A DNA stretch of 64,000 bases. Origin: Bugula neritina (Eukaryota > Animalia > Bryozoa). Location: positions 17,651,500-17,715,499 of the forward strand of contig OZ037768.1 of the NCBI GenBank assembly GCA_964035545.1. The letters run 5' to 3'. A program made the translations under genes and the position numbers. Positions 1 to 13,764 of this stretch are shown here, in pieces (within the stretch, counting starts at the first letter, position 1; each line of letters starts with the position of its first letter). The notes below the pieces were generated by a model. The model was not told the DNA's origin. It was given only the letters and a program-made list of their open reading frames with translations, and did not search any database.

Positions 1-536
1 TAGATTTGCATTGAAATTTTAGTCTCCTTTTAAATTGTTTAATGATGTCATTAATTAATACATAGATTCAATATGTAGAAATTAACGATCAAATATGTAA
101 TTAACGAAATATTTGTAAATTTGTTTTTGTTAATTGATTTGTCATATATGGCAACAATCAATGTTGGCAATGTCCTAAGTCTATTGCAGTGTGTTATCAA
201 AAATCTTATACAGTTATTTGGTGAGAGCAGTAAGGACTCTTAGATATCCTGTTACAATAGCTTCTAAGATTGTATCAACTTTCTACAAAATTCAGGTTTT
301 TGCAGGATATTGAGACTATCACTACGTTTTGTTGCTTCTAATGGCTTTATGGTTGCGGTTTAAATTGACTTATAGTTATGGCTTCATTTAATTCAACTGT
401 TCTCAAACATCGAATGAAGAACTTCATTTGCATAATACGAAGCAATGGAAATGCAGTGTATAAAATTGTTTCCCCTATCTATGTTATCACTTTCTCGGTC
501 ACTAAGTAATAACTATGTCTTTGTCACTTTGCACAG

Positions 537-3500
537 AGAAGCACATTATTCCACAAGCAGACATCAGGTTTATCCTCTGCCTCATTCTCTCCTCATTGAT
601 ACCCAACTCTACTTATGTTGAGATGTTGAAGCCTAAGCATCCAGAACAGTTTAGTATACATGTGCATCACGGGCTGGGTCATTCAACCCCCCACCTTCCT
701 CTACCAACAAGTGTGTTGCTACATCAGCTTGCTTTGTTGGGTGAGTTCAGTTTAAATGATCAAGGTATTTGTTGTTACATTAAAAGATAAATGAAGTTCT
801 AGTTTATGTGATCAATTATTTTATTTTAGTTTAATTTAAATAGGTTTTTATTATTGGGCGTTATGAAACTATAAAGAAGCTTAAAACTTTTTACAATTTC
901 AATAAAACTTTTGCAGTTTGCCAAATACTTCGTTTTTGTACATTAGCAGTTTCTTGAAAGTTCAATTTTTAAACTTTTTCTCATAAATACTAACATATTT
1001 TCTAATTTTTTGTTATACAGGTTTGAAGACTCTTCTAGTTTGTTGTGATGATCAGTTGTATAACCTGCTGCCAATATTATCCAAGAGTGTTATGGAGATA
1101 GGAGAACAACTAACAGGTCTCTGGATTCTATAGTTTCTTCACAATTTTCTTCCAGACATTTTATATCCTACATCCTGTGATGAATCACCTGTGCAGTTAG
1201 TCACTGGTAACACAGTATGATCTGACTCAGTACGATTAGACTTGCACTGCGTTCCTATACCGAGATTGGATTGGAAGGATGGATTTGTGGTTGCAGTTTG
1301 CGTTAACTTCTAGTTGTGGTTTCATTTGATTGACCTGTTTTCATGCATCCTATGAAAAGTCCTTTTGAATAATGCTAAGTGTGGGAATGCAGTGTCAGTT
1401 TAATCTAACTCATCATCATGTGACTCAGCGTCATGTGACTCAGCATCATGTGACTCGTCATCATGTGACTCATCATCATGTGACTCAACATCATGTGACT
1501 CAATATCATGTGACTCAGCGTCATGTGACTTAGCATCATGTGACTTAGCGTCATGTGACTTAGCATCATGTGACTCAGTATGATTCACCAACTAGCCTAA
1601 TATTAAGGCGATGTTATGTATGTTTTAGGTGTAGAGACATTGAAGTTCTTCAACTTTCTAGTAACTGTTCGCACAGTGCTCTACCCTCTGATCAAACCAT
1701 ACATCCATTCTAAACTGTTGCATAAAGTGATGGCCACGGAAGATGAGGATATTGCTCTACATAATATACGCTGTAGTATTAAGGCTCTCCCTTCCTACAT
1801 TCATAAAACTCAACTACTTGCTGATTTTGCCAAGGAGCTAGATATGCATAGAAAAACTCACATATCTTCACTCGGTTGGTTGCAGTTTTAAGAATATTTT
1901 AAGACTTTTATTTCAAACTTGTGTTTAAATCACTTTTTTATTATTTTATAAGTATGACTTAGCTTTGATATATCGCTAGAAATCAGTTGCAGCCTTATGG
2001 AGGTTTAAAAATTTTTATTCCAGAAAAGCAGTTTTTTATAATAAATATGTTCCAATTGCAGGGAATCATGAGACATAAATTAGAAATGGGAAAAATTTGG
2101 CTATTAAAATTCTTTATTCATTGTAGCTAGTAGAAAGTTCTGCAACTTTTGTTCAAGTATCTGTAGCTCACTCTATGTACATACATATACTTGTATCAGT
2201 TGACTTTGATGATGAGTAACTCAGGGACATAGCACTTGAGTTTAGAGTTTGAGTTTAGAGTACTTAGAGTGTGTGTCTCATGTTTTCAGGGGAACTGCTG
2301 CGGTCAGCCTCTGTTTCAGCAGGCCCTGTTAAGAAGCGTAGATTTTCCACGTGGAGAAAAAGCAGTTTAATCTCCAAGATTCACCAGAATGATCACAGCA
2401 TTCACACCTCTGTAGCCGTTGATCACCCTCCTACTATCGTCAATGCCAGCTCTATACGTGGTAATTCTTGCAACAGTTCACTTATCATTTGCGATAAATA
2501 ATTGTTTGTGATTCAGCCATATTTTTTTGGCAGATTCTAATTTAGTTTTGTGCTTTTACCCACACACTCATTTTTAACATTATTTTACCAATACTGGGTT
2601 CAGTATTTTACTTTTGTTAAATGCTTGTTTTCCTTCCCACTCATTTATTTAACTGTCAGCATTGCAAGTGATTTGTATGTGGTTTTGGTGTACTTGGGGC
2701 AAGAAAAAGCAAAATTTATAATGTGATGACATTTTGAAAACATCGAACTGGGTTGTAGTATTTGAAAGAAAATCAGTTTATTAATTTAAAAATTTTCAGC
2801 CAACATTGCTTCCAACTTACTAGTTTCAAACTCAAAAGTTTTTTCAACTATAACCAGTACTTGGGAATCTTTTACGTTGAAATGGTGATTTCAGCTGCTC
2901 CTCATTGTTACACCACTGATGAAACAGATTCTGGTTTACCTGAACACAAGTTATCTAGAAATAAGACTACTAAAGGCTCTCGATACGGAAGTAAAAATCC
3001 ATTAAAACGAATTTCAGCTTCAGAGGGTGCTAAAATAATATTAGATAAATTCAAAACCTCAACACTTGCCTTGCATGACGCTAGTTCTTCAAAACAATAC
3101 TATGGTAAGTTTGTTGTCAACTGCCATTTTTTTCTACCGTTTTTATTCTAGTCTTGGTTCGTGACCCCCACGGCTACAGCTGCATTTCCCCTGCTCACTC
3201 ATATCTCAATGCATTTGGCATATTTGATGTCAGTGTAAACACAACTCGCCTAGTTGTGTTTACTGCTGCTTAAATACTAGTGTTTTTGAGTTTGAAGCAT
3301 TACACATCAATGTCTGTTCTATGTTTTACCATATGCTTATCTTCCGTTTTAAGATTTTTTTGTGTGTTTATAATTTACAAATAACAGTAGGTGCTACAGC
3401 TGATAGTCCACCTGTGGAATATGATACAGAGGAAGGTAATATCTTCATTTTTCGGAGTAAACATGTGTAATACATACTCACACCAATATCATCATACATA

Positions 3501-6500
3501 TAATATGTATATATTGTAATAGACACACATACGTTGTATGTAGGTTTATTACATGGCTGCTACACCCAATATTTTGTTTTACTGAGTCCATTATTGTCAG
3601 AGATGCATGTAACCCTTCCCGTTCTTATATTTGCTAACTTAACAATCTTCACTGCCCTCATTCACACTTCCTTTGCTATATCTGTGTTATCATTCTTTAG
3701 TTTTTAAAGATTTTATTATTGCTACATATTAATCAAAATTCCCTTAGTGGTAGACTGGTAGTCTAGCTTTTTTACAGACAGACAATGTGAATATCAACAC
3801 TTAGTTTCCTGTTCAGAGAGTGATATATTCTGCACTAGATTCTTGCACACCATGTAGTTAGTAAAGCGTGAGTGTGAAGCAAATAGTCAAACTGTATTCT
3901 GCTTAAGTTTGCATTTCCTAAGGAAACTTCTGTAATCATGTGTTGCCTAGTGGGAACCTGCGTATAATTTTTCATAAAATTTTTGGTACTCAATGATATC
4001 ACCTCAGAGTAAGATTTACTACTTTCTAATATAAATATTCAGTGTCCTCATCAGTCCTAATTCGGTGTCCTTTGCATTCCTCAGGAAGCTAACATGTGAT
4101 AAAGATCTTGTCTTGAATGTGCTTTGTTGCCTTACCGAATTATTTGAGCAATAAATGTTGTCACACATGTCTACCAGCTTGGCTGTGTGTGTGAGTGTGG
4201 GCGTGTCTAAACATGCACATGTCTTGTAGAGCAACTAGCTCATGCTGGTCGCAGGTTGCGGCCGTCTCTGCAGCTCATCAGGCAGCCCCATGTTATCATA
4301 GAAGAAGAGTCGGTTTCGCCTCCTGTCTCTGTGCCAGCAACCTCTCTCTCTCAGCCACCATCTCTAGTCACTAGCTCAGCATCAACAACTAGTAGTGATG
4401 TGGGCATGATGACTGTAGAGGTCAAAGGTGGGATGAGCGGTGAGAGCTCAGGGCCAGGTAAGATACTTTCAATAGTTGGAGACGGGAAATTGAAAATCTT
4501 TAACTTGTATTATGAGGGTGTGGTGTGCTCATGCTTTTACATATTGTTTTGTGATTTTATTATTTTGCTAGAGTGCCAGTGGTGATTTCATTTTGATTCC
4601 TGCTTACGGGCTTTAATTGGTTCAATGTTAATTTTTGCTTTACTGCATCCTAAACTTTTTGTACCGTTTCAAAAGTGATTTGAAACTGTTTAGTTTTTCC
4701 AATTTCTTTAGATTGTACCAGCACATTTTGAGGTGCATTACCTTGGTGGTCTTACCTCACAAAAATTATTGCAATCCTAAAAATCCTTCCGAATTCAAAT
4801 GCTTTTCTACAAGTCTTTACCATGTGGACATGGCTCCTTTGAACATTTAAAATGGTACAAAAGTTGCTGGTGCAGTTAACACTCGCTATGTTGTGCTGAT
4901 TGTTCAGTGTTGTATTGGCTAGACAGCTTAATTATGCCATTCTATAAAAATGTCTACACTGTAAAGGCTGTTGTTATGTTTCCGTAGCTATTTGCATGAT
5001 GTGTTTTGTTAGCCGCTGTGATTGGAAATAGCCCTAGCTCTCCTTTTGCTACTCAGTCTATGCCTCTTTCTAATTTCCCTATACTCGCTAAAGTAACTAA
5101 GAACAATACGTTCCCACCGTTACACGAGGCAGTCGCTGTTCGAGAGGCCATCTGCCGACAGTTTCATAGGAGACCCGCTGTCATACGCAGGATTTCTAGG
5201 GCAAACAACCAAGAAAAGAAAGATAAATTTTTGAGTCTATACTTTATTGATGGGGAAGGTATAAGTTAGCACACTGTGATATGATAGTTATAGCAGCACT
5301 CAGGCTATTCAATATGAATACTCAAATTGTCTAGCAAAATATATTTCTATAGACTTTCTATCTGCTATCTTCCAAGGTGGTGGCTGCTTGTGTAAAGTAC
5401 TAGATGGTGATAGTGGTGATGGGTTGAATAACTAAACACTTTTTATCATTTGCACAATTTTGGTTTTATAGCTGGTAAAAATTGCATAGCAAAAAGTTAA
5501 TTATTAATAAGATAGATTGTATTAATTTTCTTAATGATAAATAAGTTAATAGTGAATGTGTCTAGCAAATTGATACTTTAATAACTCACAATTCTTTACC
5601 TCTGAGAAGATTATTGTTTTATAACATCTTCTTTAACAATGTTGTTACAAAATTTATTAATTTAAATTTGCTAAATAGTTTATAAATAGAGAAGTTTTTG
5701 AAATGTCAACTGCTACACATTTATTGTAAATATAAATGCCATAAAGAATTTATATATACTTCACAAAAGCATAATTTGCACACAGCATAATGTTATGTAA
5801 TGGTAATATGAATGGTACTTGTATTGTGTAGCTCCGCCTATAGTTCTAAATGACTACACAGACGAGAAAATGGCTGCCTCAAAGCCCCCAGTGCCGGTGA
5901 CGTCTGCTAAGATTGACCTTGACCCAGCCCTTAGTACTGCAGAGCTACAGCCAACTCATGTGGTTACGCTGGACAGTGATAGACCATCTAAAGACATCAG
6001 CCACGTTCACGGGCTACACAGACAAGGGGCATTGTACCAACATGAACATCATGGTAAGAAGTAGATCTGCTCTGTGTCTTTGCTCCTCTATCTCTCCTAG
6101 TACTTGGTTGTAGTTTTCTCCCCATGGACTGTGGGTGTGGCAGCTTGTAATACTGTGGTAGCCGGTAGTCGCTTATCGTCTTGTAACTTGGTCTGTATTT
6201 ATCAACTCTCAATACTATGCTCAGTTTAGTAACTTGTAGTTTTTATTTGTACCTTGGTCTTGGGTAGTTTTCATGGAAATCTACAAGTTTTTTCCCCACT
6301 ATATTGTTATAGGCCTGTTAACGGTTGTCGAAAACTATTTTCAAAAGTCTTTATAAGCCACGACAGTATACCCTATTTTGTTTAAAATCACATAGTAGAA
6401 GTTAAACTTTGTTGAAACAAATTTTTTTTAGCTTGGCCTTTTTTCCTCACACATTTTGATAAAAATAGTATGATGTCCTTTGTTTGTCCCTAATCTATTG

Positions 6501-9108
6501 TCACCCTCCACTATCCCCACTATCCTTCACTATCCTCTCATATTTTATCCCAAGTTGCCTTTCTTTCTTTTATATTGTCCATGCAGATTCTCTTACTATG
6601 GTGAGGTTTGTTCATTTCCTAAGGCAGTAGCTTTTCTGTCAATTCCTGCAGACCTGCGGTTTTATTTCATCATATAAACGCCACCAACCTGCTTCATGTT
6701 ACCCAAATTTCAGTCATTAAGTTTCCTGTAGCATTTTGGTATATTATAATGTCATCGTGACATTACAATAATAATTTTCTAAAGTATTGGTGTGCAATAA
6801 TTCCAAAGAAAATGTAATAACCCCTGACTATTGAGTTTAGTCATTGACCAATGAAACTGCCAATTTATTCGGCCATTTTAAATGATTCTGCTTTTTCATA
6901 AAGTCGCATTATTATTCTTAAACTGTTTGAAAGTTTCATATTAGGTTGTGGATTGCTTTTTTGAAGACAATTTCTATCTTATTTTTCAGTCATAGACTAG
7001 CTATTAGCCCTTACAACCTCTTTTCTGTTATTAATCTACTTGAAAGCAGTTCATAAAGTGTTACCTAGCCCAACACTTGCACCATAATCCATACTTGCTC
7101 AATGATTTGTACCTTTCGCTTCCATCTAGTGTTGTCATTTGATTTATATTCAAGTGTGTTTCATACTATATGTACAGACAGTGACACGGATGGAGAGACG
7201 GTTCCCTTACTTCAAGTTGGTAAGGTCAAGGTTCAACTTCATATCACCTTTCTGTCATGTTAGAAGATGTTTGAGACTAATTATGGTGAACAGGCTTTTT
7301 AATATATTTTTAATATATTTTTGTACTCTTGATATAATTTCAACTCCTTATAACACTAAACACCAGGTTCCTGTAACATCTTACTCAGTCATCCCATACG
7401 TTTGTATACATATCAATCTCTATGGTACTTATGCCCTCCACGCCTGTGTTGTATTGCCTTCTCTGGTGCTTGTTGTTTATTGCAGTCTCTCTAATTTCAG
7501 CTGTAACTATTATAAGTTTGGTGGATAGTCAGGCCTGCTTTGTTGCATGGCATGAAACTGTAGTCAACTAAATTACTTGGCACATCATCTTTTATCATCG
7601 TTATAAAGTTTGCCAAGTGCTTGAGGTTATATTTTGTCAGTTAGATATTGTAAAAAACAACTTACCTTCAACTTTAAAACAAATTTATTTTTTTATCACA
7701 GTTTTATTTAGTAATAAATAGTGATATTATTTGATAAAATGAGTGTAGTTGGTGTGTTTTCATAGAAATTAAAATTTTAAACACGTAGATATGTGTAAGA
7801 CTTGTGTTGTTGATTCCTCGTACCTCCACACAATGCTAGTTGATATGACAGTCACCATGAATCTCACTCCACCTCCTCCCCACCTGTCTGTGCTAACTGC
7901 TTGCCGCTAATGCTTTGACGTATCCTGTTCCAGTAGGTAAAGAACCCAGAGGTAGCTACGCTCGCAGGTTGTCTAATGAACCAAAGCTTCAAAAATCCAA
8001 GACCTTAAAACAAAATATTGCTGCTTCACCATTACAGGTTAATGACCTTAATGCTATCCGCTATTAACATACTTCGTACACAACTGCTGCTTGTATTATA
8101 TAAATATAATGTTAGTTTAAACGTAAAATCTTCACGTTATTTTTTAGTATTTAGTGACTTTTCCTAGATTCAAGTGGATAGATTTTAACTGTATCTGATA
8201 AATTTAGGAAAGTTGTACGAATTTAAAATATTAACCTGTGTTTTGCAGGTGCATGAGCACCTATGGCTAGCTGTAATGAATATTTTGCTTTGCTCAACTC
8301 TAGCACTTGCAGCATGAAGGCTAACCAAGCTAGTTGCTGGTCACGGCATACTATAGCACTACCTTTATTTACTTTTCTTTTTTGAAATATGAGTATTTTG
8401 TGAGCAAATTTTTTCTAAGACATTGTAGAATTAGGATGTTGCATTGAGGGGTAACTCTATTCTTATAACTATAAATCAGTTGAAAATTAGCCCCTAGATT
8501 TTACTTTATGGTTTAATTATATGACATTGATGATCGTTGTTTGATATTCAAAAGTTAAAAACTATTTTGCAATTTTGTATAATTTTACAGTTTTTAATGC
8601 TAAAAAGAAAAATATTAATACTTTTTTTTAAAAACACTAGACACACTGGATACACACGAGCTTGTGACATTTGTTTAATAGAAGCTGTTTATCTCTCAAT
8701 ACTAATTAATTTCTTGTGTAGGCCAGCACGCCCATAGGCAACATCGCTGCAGGCATCATTACTACCCAATCAAAGAAGAGTCAGATAAAAGTAGAGACGG
8801 CGAAACCTGAGCAAGTGGTTATTGAAATGTCTCCGACAACGGCTAAGCTACGACCTCGAGATTCACTCAGTAAAATGGGTACCGGGTCAAGCATACCCAT
8901 GCCATCTTTGAAAAGAAAGGGCTCTGATACGGAGGAATTAGTGAGTAATGAAGAAACGTTGGCTAATAGTGAAAGCTGCCATAAAATAATGGCCGATGTT
9001 CCTGCCATGTGTAGTGCGAGCACAACCTTCACTTCCGCTGGATCCAGCCTTTCTACAGACAGCATACCTTTTATGGACAACTCCAGTTGCTCTGATGTAG
9101 AACTTTAA
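537..9108 (+). CDS. UNC80: UNC80 (NALCN channelosome subunit), 3' portion; 5' part lies upstream of the window
   Basis: Phase-compatible exons 537-740, 1021-1116, 1629-1874, 2290-2460, 2895-3104, 3391-3435, 4230-4457, 5013-5258, 5832-6053, 7178-7219, 7934-8037, 8722-9108. Joined peptide LLHQLALLGLKTLLVCCDDQL...LKFFNFLVTVRTVLYPLIKPYIHSKLL...HKTQLLADFAKEL aligns with the recalled UNC80 C-terminal helical region (LYQVAFLALKVILVCFERQL...LWDFLDFIVRTRIPIFVLLRPFIQCKLL...CKSSLIAEFNSEL), followed by a low-complexity tail. Downstream small exons are less certain. Confidence 0.8.
1416..1580. repeat. 15-bp minisatellite, 11 units, invariant TCATGTGACT core
   Basis: Units TCATGTGACT+N5 at exact 15-bp spacing in the UNC80 intron. 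Confidence 0.95.
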
Positions 9109-11420
9109 CAGCTTGTAAAACAGCTAATTTTTCATGTCTTTATTTTTTCTATAAATAATGGGATATTTTTTATTATTAACACATTGTCTTTGATGGTATA
9201 GGTATAATTGTTAACAATTTACAACATTTTATTTTTTATATCATGAATGAGTTAGGGTAGTTAGATCAACGATGTTTACACTAGTCATGTTTATTGCTGT
9301 TTATGTTGCCTAAGCTATATTGTTTATCTTGCTCAGCCAGAGTCATTTTCTAGTCACATGCCACCTAGTCCTGTGTTTATATCATTTGTGTTCTTTGCAT
9401 CACTTATTCTATTCTAACTTATTGTCTTGACTTTTACACCTCTTTGTGTTGTTAAAGGATATTCTAAGTAATATGCCTAATTTAAAAAGCAAATCCTGCT
9501 TAATTTCATAACAAATATACATTGAATGTAACAAAAATTTGTATTGTGCTGGTTACTGTAAAATAAATAGGGATCTTAAAACAATATATACAGGTGCTGC
9601 GAGATAGACAAAAATGAACATTGTTGTTTATTTAATTTTACAACTTGAGTTTTGTTTTTAGCCCGTATGTATCACATTATGTGCTGCAAGGCAAAAAGGC
9701 AATCTTACTTTGTCATTCACAAAGCTAGGGGTTGCAAATCAAAGGGATAAAGCGACTCTAAAAATGCTGATCAATATCTATACAATATTATAAACAATAT
9801 TTATTGCAGTCTACTGTACCATATCACATTTACAATATATTTTTCACACAGTATTCCAAAAAATCAAAATCAAGTTAAATTTGGAGAATTTAGATGGTTC
9901 TGGCAATGGCAGCAATTGATTATAAACAAATACAAGTATTTATAATACTGATAATAATATATATATGCATATGTACTAAGTGTTTAGTCTATGGGCTAAT
10001 GGAACTCTGTTCTGTGCTGATGAGAAGACAAACCCTGGAAACAGTTGCAGACTGTAGTATAATTGAAGTTTTTAACGGTGGTTTATATGCAAAATAATTT
10101 ACAAAGTGTGCTTTTTTTTATTCTTGTTTAGAAATTTTGAACACATACTAGTTTCTAGTCTCCATATGTTATTATTTACAGCGCCCTCAGAAAAAATATG
10201 TATATCAAATTGTATCATCACATTGCACTAGAATTTGGAGTATATATCTTATAATTGTAATTTGAGGTAACAATCTATAATGATGAAATATAAAAATTAC
10301 TTTATTTTTAATACGATTGACAAATTACTTTTTTAGTGAATACGGAACCCTTGAATTTATGGGTTCCAAAAATACTTCATTACAATATGATCATGATATT
10401 TGTAGCTGATGGCAGTACTACAATGTGAAATCTTCTATCAAATATTACATGCGTTGTGTGCAATATTGTTCACAGCACATATTACATTATTTACAACAAT
10501 TTTTTATTTCAAGTTGTTTTATGACTGCAGTCTGCAATGAATTTTTGTGTTATAACTTAAAATAACATATTTTAGATGTCTATGTCTGCGAAGGCTCATC
10601 AAACGTTATTCAAATATCTGAGTTGTCTTCCTAATAAGTTTTAAGTAGCCACTAAAACTATATTATATTGGGTCCAAATTGACATCGGAATGTGATAGTT
10701 AGAAAATTGCTAAGTTTATGTCAAATTTTTGTCAGTCTACGTTTTCCGCCATTGCAAAGAGTAATGTCATTGTCACTGTGCATGAATCATGCGTAGTCTC
10801 AGGCTCATGCTGATCTTCATCATGTTATGATAGAGATAAAAATCGTTATAATTAAAATAATAATTTGTAATGATTTTAATTATTTAAGTTAGGCTTTTAA
10901 GCTACTCTTTGGTTAGATTACATTAATATTAAAATTTTAAATAATAATAATTAATTATTTAAATTTATTTATTTAATTATAAATTAATATTTTGATTTTC
11001 ATTATCACGATTATCAATATCATAATCATGATTATCATTATGATAATGAAGATCATCAAATTCAATAATCATGATCATCAACTTCAAGTGATCGTTATTA
11101 TGAGTATCATTAATCATTATGAATATGAATAACATTAACATAACTCATTAACTGATAACTGAGTAACTCATAACTCATAGTCATAAGCATAATATTAATA
11201 TTATTTATTAATATTATTATTAATGATAATGATGAGGATAATCATCAAATTCAACAAGTATAACACTACAACAACAGTAACTGCACAACTATAACAATTT
11301 TAAATTGTTATACTTATAGTTATAGACTATAGACTTGGAGTATCACTATCAGTATAGAGTATAGTTATACTTAGTCTTATAGTTATCAGAATCTTATCAT
11401 GTTTATTATATTTGAGAACA

Positions 11421-11935
11421 GGTTATTTCTTACACAAGTCGTTTCGTACTCACTTTTTCGGGTCGTTTCTTACACATCTGATTAGTCGTTTTGTACACAT
11501 CAAATGATCAATATAAATTAATTAAAATACATATTTTCAATATTTATTTATTATTTTATGTATGACTATGAGTCATACACTTGCAGTGCAGCTATTATAT
11601 GAAAATAAATATTAACACATTTATCATAATTATAATACTAATAGATTTAACTTTAAGATTGGTATAAAACATTTATGATTGATCGATGACAATAGGCTAA
11701 TGAAACAGAAACTGAATACTAAATACTAATATAAGACATCAGACATAGAAATTAGAAGGTGTGAAAGATACATGATTGAATGCAATAAATAAGGGAACTA
11801 GTATCATTCCAAGAGTTATCTAGTGGATTAATTTATTATTCATTTTGTGTACGAAATAGACAGAAGTTTGTGTACAAAACGACCATTTTGTATACGAGTG
11901 TACGAAATGACTTGTGTACGAAATGACAGTAACCC
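11421..11935. mobile_element. MITE/foldback element with repeated subterminal motifs
   Basis: Left end GGTTA...GTCGTTTCGTAC/GTCGTTTTGTACAC repeats are mirrored by right end GTGTACAAAACGAC/GTGTACGAAATGAC...GTAACCC; AT-rich non-coding interior. Confidence 0.7.
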
Positions 11936-12280
11936 TTGTATTTATCTTTATGATGAATTGAATTTATCATAAAGATAATTATAATAATCAATGAATATGA
12001 TTATGGTTATCATTATTCTTATGATCATCAATATTATAAATATTAAATAATTATGTTAATCAACACTATTACAGTATTACTGATAGTATTAGTATTACTA
12101 ATAGTAATAGACAAATACTAAAAGTAAATTTAATAGTAATACTAATAGTAATAATAATACTGATTGCATAACTACCTATCTCCGCTCTGTCCTGTTCAGT
12201 AGCGAGATTAATAGTAATACTAACAGTAATACTATAAGATTAAGTATAACTATTCTTATATTCTATTAGTATTCGAGACC

Positions 12281-12319
12281 TATACTTACTTTTAGGTCTA
12301 AGACCTAAAAGTAAGTATA
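12281..12319. repeat. Perfect inverted repeat, 19-bp arms, 1-nt spacer
   Basis: TATACTTACTTTTAGGTCT-A-AGACCTAAAAGTAAGTATA. Confidence 0.95.
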
Positions 12320-13764
12320 ACTTAACTATAAGTATTACTTATAAGTTTAAGTGATATTTATAATATAACTGTTAGTGTTATAATATAAGTTAAAGGTTAC
12401 TAATAATAATACTATTAGTAATAGACTAATACTTGCTCAGTTACTCTGTCTTTTGTAGTTATATTTATAGTTTTAGTAATATTGTTAGTTACTATTGCTA
12501 TTCAGTTACGCTGTAGACTGACTGTTTAGTAACTATTACTACTATGCAGTTAATGATATTGTTATAGTTATACTAATACTTAATCTTATAGTTATACTTA
12601 TACTTTTATACTGTAGTAGCAGTAAGAGACGGTAGTTCTAATGCTATCATAGAGTTGATACACCTATGAACTCCGTCTACATTCTTGTAGCTACAGATTG
12701 AGAGTTTAAACCTCGAAGTTGTTATATCACTCATCTAGTCTACAGGTGTCAAAGTTAATTTTAATTGTTCTGGTTAGCAAAACAAAATTAAGCTTCAAAG
12801 TTTAAATTGACTATTCTGCAAGTACCCATAGAATTAGATGTGAGTGTGAATATGATATCATGTTGTTCATGGGAGTTTGGCTGTTTAGTCACTATTCCTG
12901 CAGAATGGTTATTATTATAATGATAATAATGGAATTTAGAGTTTGACCTAGTCTTGTGTTTATTTCTCACTAAATTGTTATTGGCTTCAGTGACGGTATT
13001 GCTTTTTAATGTTGGGCAAGTGTTTTATAAAATGAGGTTCTCAAATATTATCAGCACCTGACTTCACTTTGTCTGAAGTTTGAAATTATACAAAACGTGA
13101 TTCTGTTTTCAAGTGAAATGGTATTTTGTTGTGAAAAACACTGATGTAAATTTTTAAATCATGTTTTTGGCTCAAATTGTAGCATGTTTCCATGTCATTA
13201 TCTAGAGTTGTGCTCTTCCTTTGTTCATTGATAAGCGCATTGCATTTGTATTTTAAGTTATTTTATTTTACAATCTAATAACTAAAAGGTTTCTTTTATA
13301 AGCTATGCTCCCTCCATGCTGCCCTGAAACCTTAATACCAGATTTAGCTCACAATCTGTTGAATCCTGCTATTTTGTCCTTATACACACATATGTATATA
13401 AGCATTTTATTTGACCTTTGCTATCAAAACAATGCATCCCACGCCTATCATACAAGAGATAGCGTGCCCAATAATGGAGGCATTACTTACTCAAAATTTA
13501 AAATTGACGCAACAAAATATTATGTCACAGATTTTCAATGGTATTTCGGTTAAAAAACAGAGGGTCCAAGTTTTTCTCGTGGCCCTACGAAATCTTATGA
13601 GAAAAGGATCTGTAAGCTATAACGAGAGCACTGTAATTGTGTCTGCTAGTTTAGTTTGGGTTGTATAATGTACTTATATTCACATCATTAGGATTTATCC
13701 TTCTTTTCTCACTTGCACTATAAACATTATTAAGTTCGTAACCTGCTTTTAGTTATACAAAGAA

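Noticed and set aside
1400-1591. 63-aa SHDAE-repeat ORF / CRISPR-like look of a constant core with variable spacers
   Set aside because: Translation of a 15-bp minisatellite; the 5-nt variable parts are not spacers, there are no cas genes, and it lies in a eukaryotic intron
8249-8317. Alternative UNC80 last exon encoding a hydrophobic tail (VHEHLWLAVMNILLCSTLALAA*)
   Set aside because: The acceptor is plausible, but hydrophobic translations are common in T-rich introns and there is no other support
10850-12620. Structured RNA or hidden gene in the long AT-rich intergenic stretch
   Set aside because: Degenerate trinucleotide-like low-complexity DNA plus a MITE; no ORF, tRNA or rRNA signature seen
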